From the NCBI GenBank assembly GCA_030390025.1, contig CM059432.1:63428001-63492000 (forward strand): a stretch of 64,000 bases of DNA, written 5' to 3'. Positions 26,227 through 39,282 of the stretch are shown one piece after another (the stretch's first letter is position 1; every line of letters starts with the position of its first letter). The notes beneath the pieces were generated by a model that was not told the origin of the DNA, ran no database searches, and saw only the letters and a list, made by a program, of their open reading frames with translations. This DNA comes from Squalus acanthias (Eukaryota). The position numbers and the translations under genes were made by a program.

Positions 26227-27824
26227 GGACAGAATTTTGCCAGCGCTCAGAATGCGGGTTTGGAGGTGGGTCCGCTGTCAAAATCTAAATGATTGACAGC
26301 GGGTTGGGAACCTGCTGCGAACCCGCCTCCATGTAAGTTTCCAAAGTGTCAGGGCTTTGAATTCAGAACAGACCCAACACCAAGCGGTGGGGGAGGCATT
26401 TAAGATACTTAACTACTTGTTAAGTGCTTGTTTATTTTGTCAGCCTTTTTCTATTTTACCACATTTTTAATGGGGTTCATGCCTGATATCATGCCCGATA
26501 CGAGACTCCCAAAACAAGTGCTCTACTCGGAGCTCCGACACGGCAAGAAAGCCCCAGGTGGGCAGAGGAAATGCTTCAAGGACACCCTCAAAGCCTCCTG
26601 GAAAAAGTGCAACATCCCCACCAACACCTGGGAATCCCTGGCCCAAGACCACACAAAGTGGAGGAGAAGCATTGGGGAAGGCGTCGACCACCTCAAGCCT
26701 CTTCGCCGGGAGCAAGCGGAAGCCAAGCGCAAGCAGCGCAAGGAGCGCACGTCAACCCAAGCATCCCACCCACCCGCCCCTTCAACCACCGTCTGCCCCA
26801 CCTGTGACAGAGACTGTAGGTCCCGCATTGGACTCATCAGTCACCTGAGAACTCATTTTTAATGTGGAAGCAAGTCATCCTCGGTTCCGAGGGACTGCCT
26901 AAGAAGAAGAGAATTTTACCACATTTTTAATGGGGTTCACGTCGTTCGGAGATCATGTGAGGTAAGTAGGTCAGGTTCTCTATGTCTCCCCATTGCTGTG
27001 AATAGGTGACAGCTGCAAAAGTGGTATGAAAGCTACCATTTCACAGCTGGTCACTTTCCAATGTCAGAAGCTTAAGCCTTCAGGACTTGGAAGACACTTT
27101 TGAGCTGTATGCAGTTTGGAAGTGTTTGGAGTAAACTCTCTATCCACTGTCACCTCCTTTCGCAAGCTCTCTCACCATTGATAGATGGAGGTGCAAGGTA
27201 AGTTGGTGTGAGTAAGGATGTGCAGGAGTCGGGTAGGGAAGGCAGAGTGATGGGGATGTGATGAGTGGCACAGCAGGATGAGGTTGAGTGTGGCTTTTCA
27301 GTAACATTTTGTGATCTACTTAGATCATTGAAAGATTTGCGCCACTGCAGCCAGGTCCTCCTGACGACATCCCTGCTGTTGCCCTCCTGTGCAATGAGCA
27401 AACAGGCTGCGTTGGTGTCCTGGGGAGGACTCTTCCGCCCTTGGAAGGGAAGAGAACCTCCCTGCGTGCTATGACTCCCTCCATAAGCATATGGAGGGAG
27501 TCATGTGAGTGCCTGGGTGCAGCCATGCACCTTTGTGCAGTGCTCGTCAGTGTTTGCAGAACCTCAATGCTGCAGAACACTGACAGCACAACTGTCAAAA
27601 TGAATGCAACCATGGTCCCTTTAAGGAAACCGGCTGATGATGTGTCATCAAATGGCGTCATCAGACCCGCTTCCTTTTAATTGGCTGGGAACCCCGCAGG
27701 GCGGGCTTAACAAACCCTATTAACGAAAATCCTTTTTACAGAGCGGCTGCAGCCGAGAGTGGGACTGGAACCCGCCAACCACCTCTCCCGCCACGATCCC
27801 GTCTCCACTGGTGAAATCGTGGCC
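26227..27824. mobile_element. Internally deleted Harbinger related to element B, retaining a Myb exon 1 remnant (-)
   Basis: Left arm collinear with 38571-39000 plus 43275-43335; right arm collinear with about 46460-47040. Confidence 0.85.
26480..26912 (+). mobile_element. 5'-truncated RTE-clade LINE with 27-bp TSD
   Basis: RLPKQVLYSEL...GGQRK.FKDTLK...CPTC...LISHLRTH (C2H2); (AAG)n tail; ATTTTACCACATTTTTAATGGGGTTCA at 26453-26479 and 26913-26939. Confidence 0.88.
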
Positions 27825-28667
27825 AGAGTCTTCGCATGCTTGAGGCAGGTGGCCTGCACCTGTAAAGTGTATTAGTGGCACCTACCCCAATGGAGAATCC
27901 GGAAAATTGTAGCAGTGGAAGGAAGACCAAATAAAAACTTACCTTGGCATCTTCTGCTCCAAATGGAGCACATGGGTTATTTGAGCTTTGTTTCCCCACC
28001 AGAAAACAACTTAGTAAAACATGGGCAGAATCTCAGTGGGACCAGGTTCTGGCTCATGTTCTGCCTCCTGTCTAAAAGATTTCCACCAGGTTTCCAACTT
28101 GGTGATGATCAGAATTTTGGGGCCAACATGTCCAACCAATGCAGAGGAGCAAATAACAAAGCCAATCGAATGTTGAACTAAAAGGGGTGAAGCAGTGAGC
28201 ACTGGTGAGAATGATGACCAGTGAGTGGAAGAGAGGGAGAGAGCTGTCGCTCCATGGAGGGTGGAGAAACAACTGCCTTTGGCTACAAAACCCAGGAACA
28301 AAGACCTCAGGGGTCCAGTCTTCAAAAGAGCTATGATTAGGGAACATCAATCTCATGCCGAGGCAGTGGAGACAGTTTTCACACATATGGTCGGCCACCC
28401 ACATCCACATCTGGGACAGCTGCTTCCCTGAGAGAGGAATCACCTTAGACCTGTAAGGTGCCAGGGAACCATCCCAGCCACCCACTGCTGAACCTCAATT
28501 TACTTAAGAACCAACTTGTAGAGCTTTATTAGGAGCTCAAGCAAGTTAACTGACACAAAGGGTAGACATGTTTTAAGAAAAAGTTGTATTAGGGTGAATA
28601 GATTTTATGGGTGAATGTTCTTATGGAAAGTAAACCCGCTTGAGCGCATAGAGGTCTGAATTAATTA

Positions 28668-28824
28668 ATACAAAAGCAAAATACTACAGATGCTGGAAAT
28701 CTGAAATAAAAACAGAAAGTGGGTTCTGACAAAAGGTAATTGACTTGAACTGTTAACTCTGTTTCTCTTCCACAAATGCTGCCTGATCTGCTGAGTATTT
28801 TCAGCATTTTCTGTTTTTATGTCT
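28668..28824. repeat. Penelope-like terminal repeat (partly self-inverted)
   Basis: AAATAAAAACAGAAA...TTTTCTGTTTTTAT; degenerate CTGACAA...GAAC core. Confidence 0.5.
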
Positions 28825-28867
28825 GAGTTCATTTCTGTGTATGCTTGCAACTATTATAACTTTTTTT

Positions 28868-30810
28868 AGAAACATAGAAACAGAGAAAAATAGGAGCAGG
28901 AGTAGGCCATTCGGCCCTTCGAGCCTGCTCTGCCATTCAATATGATCATGGCTGATCCTCTATCTCAATACCATATTCCCGCTCTCTCCCCATACCCCTT
29001 GATGACTTTTGTGTCTAGAAATCTATCTGTCTCTTTCTTAAATATATTCAGTGACTTGGCCTCCACAGCCTTCTGTGGTAGAGAATTCCACAGGTTCACC
29101 ACCCTCTAAGTGAAGAAATTTCTCCTCATCTCAGTCCTAAATGTCCTACCCCGGATCCTGAGACTGTGATCCCTCGTTCTAGACCCCCCAGCCAGGGGAA
29201 ACATCCTCCCTGCATCCAGTCTATCTAGCCCTGTCAGAATTTTATACGTTTCAATGAGATCCCCTCTCATTCTTCTAAACTCTAGTGAATACCGGCCTAG
29301 TCGACCCAATCTCTCCTCATACGACAGTCCTGCCATCGCAGGAATCAGTCTGGTGAACCTTCGCTGCACTCCCTCTATGGCAAGTATATCCTTTCTTAGG
29401 TAAGGAGACCAAAACTGCACACAGTACTCCAGGTGTGGTCTCACCAAGGCCCTGTATAACTGTAGTAAGACATCCTTGCTCCTGTACTCAAATCCTCTTG
29501 CAATGAAGGCCAACATACCATTTGCCTTCCTAACTGCTTGCTGCACCTGCATGTTTGCTTTCAGTGACTGGTGTACAAGGACACCCAGGTCCCTTTGTAC
29601 ATCAACATTTTCCAATCTATCACCATTTAAATAATACTCTGCCTTTCTGTTTTTCCTACCGAAGTGGATAACTTCACATTTATCCACATTATACTGCATC
29701 TGCCATGTATTTGCCCACTCACTCAACTTGTCTAAATCGCCTTGAAGCCTCTTTGCATACTGCTCACAACTTACAATCCCACCTAATTTCGTGTCGTCAG
29801 CAAACTTGGAAATATTACATTTGGCTCCCTCATCCATATCATTGATATATATTGTGAATAGCTGGGGCCCAAGCACTGATCCCTGCGGTACCCCACTAGT
29901 CACTGCCTGCCACCCCGAAAAAGACCCATTTATTCCTACTCTCTGTTTCCTGTCTGTTAACCAATTTTCAATCCATGCCAGTATATTACCCCCAATCTCA
30001 TGTGCTTTAATTTTGCACACTAACCTCTTATGTGGGACTTTATCAAAGGCCCTCTGAAAATCCAAATACACCACATCCACTGGTTGTCCCTTATCTATTC
30101 TACCAGTTACATCCTCAAAAAACTCCAGTAGGTTTGTCAAACACGATTTCCCTTTCATAAATCCATGTTGACTTTGTCTAATCCCGTTGATATTTTCTAA
30201 GTGTCCTGTTATCACATCCTTTATAATAGACTCTAGCATTTTCCCTACTACTGATGTTTGGCTAACCGGTCTGTAGTTCCCTGTTTTCTCTCTCTCTCCT
30301 TTTTTTAATAGTGGGGTTACATTTGCCACCCTCCAATCTGTAGGAACTGTTCCATACTCTATAGAATTTTGGAAGATGACAACCAATACATCCACTATTT
30401 CCATGGCTACCTCTTTTAGTACTCTGGGATGCAGATTATCAGGCCCTGGGGATTTATCGGCTTTCAGTCCCATTAATTTCTCCAGCACTATATTTTTATT
30501 AATACTAATTTCCTTTAATTCCTCCTTCCACTAGACCCTTAGTTCCCTAGCATTTCTGGGAAGTTATTTGTGTCCTCTTCCGTGAAGACAGAACCAAAGT
30601 ATTTGTTTAATTGCTCTGTCATTTCCTTGTTCCCCATTATAAATTCTCCCATTTCTGACTGTAAGGGACCTACATTTGTCTTCACTACTCTTTTTCTTTT
30701 TACATACTTGTAGAAGCTTTTACAGTCCGCTTTTATGTTCCTTGCAAGTTTACTCTCATACTCTATTTTTCCCCTCTTAATCAATCTCTTGGTCCTTTTT
30801 TGCTGAACTC
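28868..30810 (-). mobile_element. CR1 LINE with a long open RT frame (460 aa)
   Basis: ORF 29106-30488 with full RT motifs; CR1 tail. Confidence 0.95.
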
Positions 30811-30814
30811 TAGG

Positions 30815-31240
30815 AGTAGTTCAAGTCCCACTCCAGAGACTTAACCACAAAAATAAATCTAGGCTGACTCTCCAGTGCAGTACTGAGTGAATGCTGCACT
30901 GCTGGTGGGGCCGTCTTTCAGATGAGATGTTAAACTGAGGCCCCGTCTGCTCTCTCGGGTGGACGCAAAAGATCCCATGGCACTATTTCGAAGAAGAGCA
31001 GGGGAGTTATCCCCGGTGTCCTGACCAATATTTATCCCTCAATCAACATCACTAAAAAACAGATTATCTGGTCATTATCACATTGCTGTTAGTGGGAGCT
31101 TGCTGTGGGCAAATTGGCTGCCGCTTTTCCTACATTACAACAGTGACTACACTCCAAAAAGTACTTCATTGGCTGTAAAGCGCTTTGGGAAGTGTTGAGG
31201 TTGTGAAAGGCGCTATATAAATGCAAGTCTTTCTTTTTTT
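30815..31240 (+). mobile_element. tRNA-derived Deu-domain SINE (SacSINE1-like), 5' truncated
   Basis: B box GTTCAAGTCC; core GCCGTCTTTCAGATGAGATGTTAAA...AAAGATCCCATGGCAC; L2-like tail GGCGCTATATAAATGCAAGT. Confidence 0.75.
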
Positions 31241-32344
31241 AGGAGGATGGCAGTGTAAATATAGATTTCTGTCTCATGCAGGAACTTGGCACAAGTCTTT
31301 GACAGTGAAGGAATTTGAGTGGGTGTGGAGGAGAACAGGCAGGTGTGACTTGATTTTATTTGGTGTGTCAACATTTACTCATTGAAAGCACTGGGTTATA
31401 AGTTGTGACCTTCATTCTCTGGCTGCTGTCTGTCCTGATCCATGTCCTCCCCTTCCTGTGCACTCTCATGCTGTGGGGATGGAGATGATTTTCTACCCCT
31501 CTCGCCCCACCGCACCGCCCACACTCACTATCATTATCGTCATTCTATTCAGTTTCTGGAAGCAACAAGCCTTTCTTCATTGCAATGTTATTTATTATGT
31601 AAACTGCAATGATTGTTGTGACTCTCACTGGGCTGTATTGCATGGCTCCCCCAGATTTGACCAGGCACCAAAAACGAAACTTAAGAATTCCTATAGTCTG
31701 CTCAGTGACATGTCTTGTAGTTGCATGGGCCTCATCGTATCTGTTGTCTCACTTTGTCTGTAGAAACCTTACTGGCGTCATTAGCCATTATTGCAGGGGA
31801 TAGCCCTGATCACCATTCTGATACGTGAATCACGTAGACTGGTATGGTAGGTTGTTTGTGCTAAAATTGTCATGACAGTTTCCTGGATATTGGATAGGAT
31901 AAAGTGATTGGCATCACACACAAGTTTCACATTAATAGAATGAAACCCTTTCCTGTTCATAAAAGTGGGGGGTTGTCATACGGAGCTTTGAGTTTCATAT
32001 GCATTCTGTCAATTGCTCCTTACACCTGTGGGAACCCTGCCAGTCTAGAAACGTGGACCGCTCTCTCTCACTCCCCTTTCTTTCTCTGGTGCCATTGTGC
32101 AGCTCTGATGATTATAGCATCAGTAACCTTCTTGATACAGTGCTGAACTAATGGCTGGTCAATGAGGCCACCAGATGCTGCCTGGAAGATCCAGTAGCAA
32201 AGAAGTTCAAGGCCCAGGTGGAAGTGGACTGAAACGCCTCCAAATTAGCATCTCCTCATCCTTCTCCTCTTAAATAGATTTCCTTTGGGAACTCCATGCT
32301 GCCAGTCTAAAGCAAAATTTTTGCAGAGCTGACAAAAAGTAGGG

Positions 32345-33899
32345 TTTTGAAAGAGTTGGCTATAGAGATAGTGGATGCATTGGTTGTCATTTTCCAAAAT
32401 TCCATAGATTCTAGAACGGTTCCCGTGGATTGGAAGGTGGCAAATGTAACCCCACTATTTAAGAAAGGAGGGAGAGAGAAAACAGGGAACTACAGACCAG
32501 TTAGCCTGACATCAGTAGTAGGGAAAATGCTAGAATTTATTGTTAAGGACGTGGTAACAGGGCACTTAGAAAATAATAATAGGATTGGGCAGAGTCAACA
32601 CAGATTTATGAAAGGGAAATCGTGTTTGACAAATTTATTAGAGTTTTTTGAGGTTGTAACTAGCAGAATTGATAAGGGGGAACCAGTGGATGTGGTGTAT
32701 ATGGATTTTCAGAAGGCATTCGATAAGGTGCCACACAAGAGGTTATTAAAAAAAATTAGGGCTCATGGGATTGGGGGTAATATATTAGCATGGATTGAGG
32801 ATTGGTTAACGGACAGAAAACAGAGAGTAGGAATAAACGGGTCATTTTCGGGTTGGCAGGCTGTAACTAGTGGGGTACCACAAGGATCAGTGCTTGGGCC
32901 TCAGCTATTCACAATCTACATCAATGATTTGGATGAGGAGACCCAATGTAATATATCCAAGTTTGCTGATGATACAAAGCTGGATGGGAATGTAAATTGT
33001 GAGGAGGATGCAAAGAGGCTTCAAGGGGATATAGACAGGCTAAGTGAGTGGGCAAGAACATGGCAAATGGAATATAATGTGGAGAAATGTGAAGTTATTC
33101 ACTTTGGTAGGAAAAACAGAAAAGCAGAGTATTTTTTAAATGATGAGAGATTGGGAAATGTTGATGTTCAGAGGGACCTGGGTGTCCTTGTACACGAATC
33201 ACTGAAAGTTAACATGCAGGTACAGCAAGCAATTAGGAAAGCAAATGGTATGTTGGCCTTTATTACAAGAGGATTTGAGTATAAGCGTAAAGACGTCTTA
33301 CTGCAATTATATAGGGCCCTGGTGAGACCACACCTGGAGTATTGTGTACAGTTTTGGTCTCCTTACCTAAGGAAGGATATACTTGCATTAGAGGGAGTGC
33401 AACGAAGATTCACCAGACAGGTTCCTGGGATGGGGGGGATTGTCCTATGAGGACAGATTGAGCAGACTCGGCTTATATTCTCTAGAGATTAGAAGAATGA
33501 GAGGTGATCTCATTGAAATATACAAAATTCTTACAGGGCTTAACAGGGTAGAGGCAGGGAGGATGTTTTCCCTGGCTGGGGAGTCTAGAACCAGGGGTCA
33601 TAGTCTCAAAATAAGGGGTCGGCCACTTGGGACTGAGATGAGGAGAAATTTCTTCACTCAGAGGGTGGTGAATCTTTGGAATTCTCTACCCCAGAGGGCT
33701 GTGGAGGCTCAGTCGTTGAGTATATTCAAGACAGAGATCGATAGATTTTTGAATATTAAGGGAATCAAGGGATATGGGGATAGTTCAGGAAAGTAGAAAT
33801 GAGGTAGAAGATCAGCCATGATCTTATTGAATGGCGGAGCAGGCTCGAAGGGCCAAATGGCCTACTCCTGCTCCTATTTCTTATGCTCTTATGTTATGT
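32345..33899 (+). mobile_element. CR1 LINE RT and 3' end
   Basis: ORFs 32347-33450 and 33440-33796; TTCTTATG-like tail. Confidence 0.95.
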
Positions 33900-34073
33900 A
33901 ATCGGTAAAGTTCTGATAGAACATCCAAAGTAACAAGTAGATCAACATACAGGCAAAATAACACCAACCTCCAGTTATAGCAAACACAATGGCCTCCTCC
34001 AATCAGTATCCTCTTCAAGAATACCTTACTAGTTCCTTATTGTCACTTATATAGTAATTCTTTCAGGTAGATT

Positions 34074-34850
34074 GGGGCAGAAATTGGGGAAAATGGGTCG
34101 GAGGGATTTGCCACACCCACTTGACACTATTTAAATATGGCAGGGTGGACCCCTGGTGTGCCTTAAAGGGGACTGTCACCACCTCCCTCTGCAACAGGTC
34201 TTCTCTTCATTTCTATTGATTCCTGCTCATGGGATGGGAGAGCGAGGGCCAAATGAACAAGAGATCCCCCCCCCCCCGCCACCCCAACTTCCTGGCCCCA
34301 GTAGCCTTTTTCTCTAGTAGTGTGGATGATGTTCCTCAGGGGAGAAGGCGAACGTTGTGAGAGGCACCACCAGCATCCTTTATGCACATACAGCTTGCAG
34401 ACATTCCACTGAGACTAAGAACACACACATGTCCTTATGTGGAAGGAAGGTGCCAAAGTATGTGTGGAAACAGTGTGGTCTCTCTTACAAATTTACATTG
34501 TTCTGTGCTCATATGCCAGTGATAAGGCATACAGCAGAGGCAGGAGCAGCTGTTGATACTTACCTTGTCACTCTTTGTCAAGTCATTCAATTTCTTACAT
34601 TATTGAAGTGACATGGTGGGGGTTGGAAAAGGTGGCACTACCAGCCCTCCACTTTGCTGTTGCCACTGGGAGAATTGGCCTCTCTTCCTCCTTCCAAACA
34701 TGCTCTCCCTTCTGCTCCTGACTTCTGCCAGTGGCACCTCCAGCTTACTCCAGAGAAGCTGGCAGACCATCTTTCTCCTTTTTTCACTGGTTTACAATTT
34801 TCCAGTTCCACCACTGGACTACCTCCCTGCACCCATCTGAATTTTCACTT
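34074..34850 (-). mobile_element. Degenerate Harbinger relic (end of Myb exon 1)
   Basis: Minus strand about 34605-34560 reads CKKLNDLTKSDK then GTAAG; GGGGCAGAAATT terminus at about 34074. Confidence 0.4.
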
Positions 34851-35014
34851 GGAGCTGTGATTAATTATGATAGTGATCTAACCCTGGAAATTTGCATGTT
34901 GGTAGCACACTGCCAATCTGCCAAGATTTGCACAAGTTCTCAACCACTTAGAACTGAAAATCACCCCACTAAACTAATTCAAATAAAATAATTGCTTTTC
35001 AAAAATATGATTAC

Positions 35015-35180
35015 CTGTTTTCAACATTTTAATAGCAACAGGTACATTGTCATTCCAGATGGCTTTCCACACTGCTCCATAATTACCAGATCCTATGCAC
35101 TTCACTAAAGTGAATTCTTCTTTTGGTCTTTCCCATTTGTCCACAGTGTTATATGATAAGTGACGAAGAGATGGCTTTTT
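35015..35180 (-). CDS. Kinase exon 4 (linker, WERPKEEFTL, GSGNYG, VAIK)
   Basis: 166 nt, CAG/GTAAT, phase 0 to 1; not in the ORF track, translated by hand. Confidence 0.92.
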
Positions 35181-35999
35181 CTGTTGATAAACAATTACTG
35201 ATTTAGGAAGAACATGTAAATTTAGGTAAATACCAGTCAGAATGGGATATAACAGCTAGCTTTATAATATTTTACTGATGAGATTTTAAAATGATACAAA
35301 AAGACTTCATCAAAGAATCATCGAAATTAGAGCAAAGAAGGAGGCCATTTTGCCCATTGCTCCTGTACCCGTGCTGGCTCTTCAAGTGGAGGTATCTACT
35401 CCAATCCTATTTCTTTGTATCTTTTTAGTGATTTCCTTTGCAAATATTTATGTAATATTCTTTTAAGTAATGATTCGTTTTAACTGTTATTTTAGCATAC
35501 CAATCCTAATGTGTATTAGATTGGATACTGTCATACTATCAAGCTGGTAATGTTAGCAAACACCATTTATTTCCAGGGTGTAGAGCAGAGGAACCTATTA
35601 TACTGGATCTCTGCCCTCTTTGTATTCAAGTTACACTTCTGGAGTATTTCCAGAGCCATTTTCCTGCATGAATTCATATGATTTGACATTGAATTCATTC
35701 CTTAGTATTGCCTGTGCTAGTTTTTGACTTTTACTCCTGCTATTAACAAACAATAACAAAAGTGGTATCACTGAACTTACTCTAAGTTCAAGTTCACAAA
35801 CTGCATGGCACTGGAAGGTAAATTAACCATGGGCACAGCAATCCTTATTATCTTAACACTGGTTGTCTTTGCATGCCAATAATCAATGCCAAAACCTCCA
35901 GGAGAGAGTAGCCTAGGTTTTCTGATCATGCATAAGCTTGCCTGGATGTTGGGTGATGTGCGAGTCATGTCTGCCTGATGTGCAGAGTGCTGGCCTCAA

Positions 36000-36777
36000 C
36001 AGGGATACGAAGAAAGTAACCAAAGGTGCAAAGAGGGAATATGGGAAAAAACTTGCAAAGGTTATCAAAGGCAACAGCAAAACATTTTTGTTTATAAATA
36101 TATCAAGAGAAAGAGAGCGGTTAAAGGGAATGTGAGCCCATTAAATAGAAATGCGGATGAGACTATAAGGGAGAATAAGAAAATGCCAGACTTGTTAATT
36201 GGGAACTGTGTATCTGTTTTTACAGTGGAGAACGAGGACAAAATACCAGCAGTACAAGGAAACCTAAAAGTAAGTCAAGGGTAGGAACTCAGTAGATTTA
36301 ATCTCAGTAAAACATAGTAATGGAGAACATAATGGTACTTAAGGTAGATAAATATCCAAGAAGAGATGGTTTTCATACAAAGATATTAAAATAAATAGAT
36401 GAGAAAACTGTAGTGCATTCGTCATAATTTTCCAAAGCTCTCCAGATTCAGGAATTGTGCCTATGGTTTGGAAAATAACAAACGTCTCTCTATAACTTAA
36501 GAAGGGAGGAGGGAAAAAACAGGTAACTACAGAACTGTCAGTTAAACATCAGTTGTGTGGATGTTACTGGAATCTATCATCACAGACAGAGTGATTGGGC
36601 ACTTGGACAAATGTGAGCTGATCAGAGAATCAGCATGAATTTGTGATGCGTAGGTCATGTCTGACTAATGGAGTTTAATTTTTTGAGGCGGTCACTCACA
36701 CAGTGGATAGGGGAGTGAGTATGGATGTTGTCTATATGGATTTTCAGAAGGCATTTGATAAGGTTCCGCACAAGAGG
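36000..36777 (+). mobile_element. Old degenerate CR1 fragment
   Basis: AKREYGKKLAK... and MDFQKAFDKVPHKR. Confidence 0.8.
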
Positions 36778-37580
36778 TATGAGTCAACAAGAGACTCACT
36801 TAAACTAACACTCACAAAAAGGCAAGTGCACCAAGCTTGTCCATTGTCACCCATCTTATTCAATGTCTTCATCAATGATGTATTGGGTGCCATAGCAAAG
36901 AGACAGCCTCAAAGTGTCAATTCTGGGCATTTCTGAAAGCTCCTTTTTGCAGATGATAAAGGTCTTACCTGGGAATCTGGTGCACACTGCCCACCATCTG
37001 GAACAATCTGCTAACCAGTGGGTATGGTGCTGGGTGGCCCAAGTGAAGTTTTATGGCTTTCACAACGCCAGAGAGGATCTCACAGATGTTGACTGGAAGA
37101 TACAGGAATCTCTAAAGACAGGAATGCCAAGTAGTTGAGGCATACCACCCTCCAGGTGGATGAAAGTGGGCCCCACCAATGACCTCCAAAGAAACAGAGA
37201 ATTCTTTTCGAAAAATAAATCTTTACACAGGTGGCTGAGGGGCCCATGGCTGTGGTTTGGGGAGGGGACAAGCGCAAGCCCCCAGCTCCATATGGGCCGG
37301 TGCCAGATTTTCTGGCTGTATAGAGTAGATGTGCCCATAGTGCCACTAGCGCCTGCCTGCCCCATGCAAATTAGATGCCATCCCACTGTATCCTCATACT
37401 ACAGTAGGGTCACCGCTGGAGGGCGTAATCTTACTGAGATTATGTTCCGAGGATTTTGGGAGCCAAGGTATTTAACATCCTATCACTTTCTTATTTCTTT
37501 ATAATGCTGAGAGAACTGAAAGAATAGCTTTTTAAAATTCGATACAAGTTATTTGAATATAGTTCTGCTTTTGAACTTAC

Positions 37581-37744
37581 CTTTTTGCTTGGCCTATTTA
37601 ATTTAATACCACAGTACATTGCATTATGTTTATAATGCTCAACCAGTTCATGAATAGTGGCAAAATCTGGATCTCCTGTTATGTGAAATCTATCATTTTC
37701 CTTTTGTAAAATCACATAATGAACGACTGATCCTTCAACTTTAG
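37581..37744 (-). CDS. Kinase exon 3 (SH2 C-half: VVHYVI...ELVEHY...L.RP)
   Basis: 164 nt, CAG/GTAAGT, phase 1 to 0. Confidence 0.92.
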
Positions 37745-39282
37745 CTGAAAAAAATAATTCCGATTAATAATCAATCACCACATTTGTTATTTATATTGAT
37801 TGCTGTAAATGTTATGTTCCTTAGTATGAGGGATGCCAATGCTGGAGAAAACACGGGGGTGTCAATTTTCACTTCTATTGCCTGGCAATAATGGGGCGGC
37901 AATGGTCTCAAAATGGCGTCGGTAGACTTACTGCCCTGTTAACACCAACGAAGTGGCCTGCAACATTTTGGAAGAGGGCGGTTGGACACTCAAAATTCAA
38001 AATCACCCCCAGTTTTCCACATTTTCCACTTAATGCCAGCATCAATTTTTCCCATGGGTGAAATATAAAGCAAAGCTCCCTTTGCACTGATCCAATATTG
38101 ACCAGGAATTTCCTTGAAGCTGCTCCCTTCAAACCACTGTAACATCACTGGAAGTGCAGTGGAAATCCCAATTACATAGCCATTGGCCTAGAAATTGGAT
38201 CGCACTGTGCCCGTTTTACAGGCATAAAACAGGCACCTAAACGTCCAGTATGGCAGCCGGTGTGTGGATGTGTATTCTGTGCCGAAAGTGCGCCACCTGC
38301 CATTTTGGTAGAGACTCCTCCGTAGGTGTCCTGAAACAGGCATTAGACCCTTTGCCTATGCAAATAGGGGGGCCTAACGCCTGTTTGAGGCCCCCTTTGC
38401 AAAATTACTTAAGACTACAATTTGGTTAAAGAAGTATATTTGCAAACTAGGAATAAACATTTGGAGATACACAAACTTCAGACCATTAAAAATAAATTGA
38501 TGTGAAATATAAAAACTACTATACACAAATGAGAAAAATTACCATCCAACCATATCACAAAAAATACCATGGGCCTTGATTTTGCCGGCACTCAGAGGGC
38601 GGGTTTGGAGGCGGGTCCGCTGTCAAAATTACAATGATTGACGGTGGGTTGGGGACCTGCTGCGAACCCGCCTCCATGTAAGTTTCCAAAGCGTCGGGTC
38701 TACGATTTCAGAACAGACCCGACACCAAGCAGCCGGGGAGGCATTTAGGATACTTAACTGCTTATTAACTGCTTGTTAAAGACTATTTTGCCAGAATTTT
38801 TCTATTTTCCCACATTTTCAACGGGGTTCACGTCGTTCGGAGATCACGTCAGGTAAGTATGTCGGGAGGTCAATCGAGCTGAATAGTTCACAACTGCAAC
38901 TGCAGTATAAAATCTAACCTTTCACATCTGTTCACTTTCCAATGTCAGAAGTTGCTGATTTCAGGATTTGGAAGACACATTTGATCTGTATTGAGATTGT
39001 AAAGGCTGGATTTTGATACTGGGGTCGGGTTGGGGTCGTGTTACCCGCATTTCATGTTGCCCACCCGACTCCAGATTAATGTGGATGAATGATGCGATTT
39101 TAACTTAATTGGCCAATTGAGTTCCAACGTGTGGGAACCCATGGCCAATGAGTTATTCCAGTCTGAAAGTTGCCTCTGATGACGTCATCATTGCTGCTGC
39201 ATTTAAGGTCTGCAACGAGCCTTGCTTCTTCTGCAGGCTGCCAAGCTTTTGGACCTCTATTCTAAAGGCAACTGCAGCAGGA

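Larger units (their letters stand above)
26118..28124. mobile_element. Harbinger-type MITE containing further nested elements
   Basis: TIRs GGCCCTGAAATTCTGAT / ATCAGAATTTTGGGGCC (15/17); TSD not clean. Confidence 0.65.
25790..28180 (+). mobile_element. Old CR1 fragment split by nested insertions
   Basis: PQGLVLEP...FADDTKL on the left; NMSNQC...ANRMLN resumes at 28125. Confidence 0.65.
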
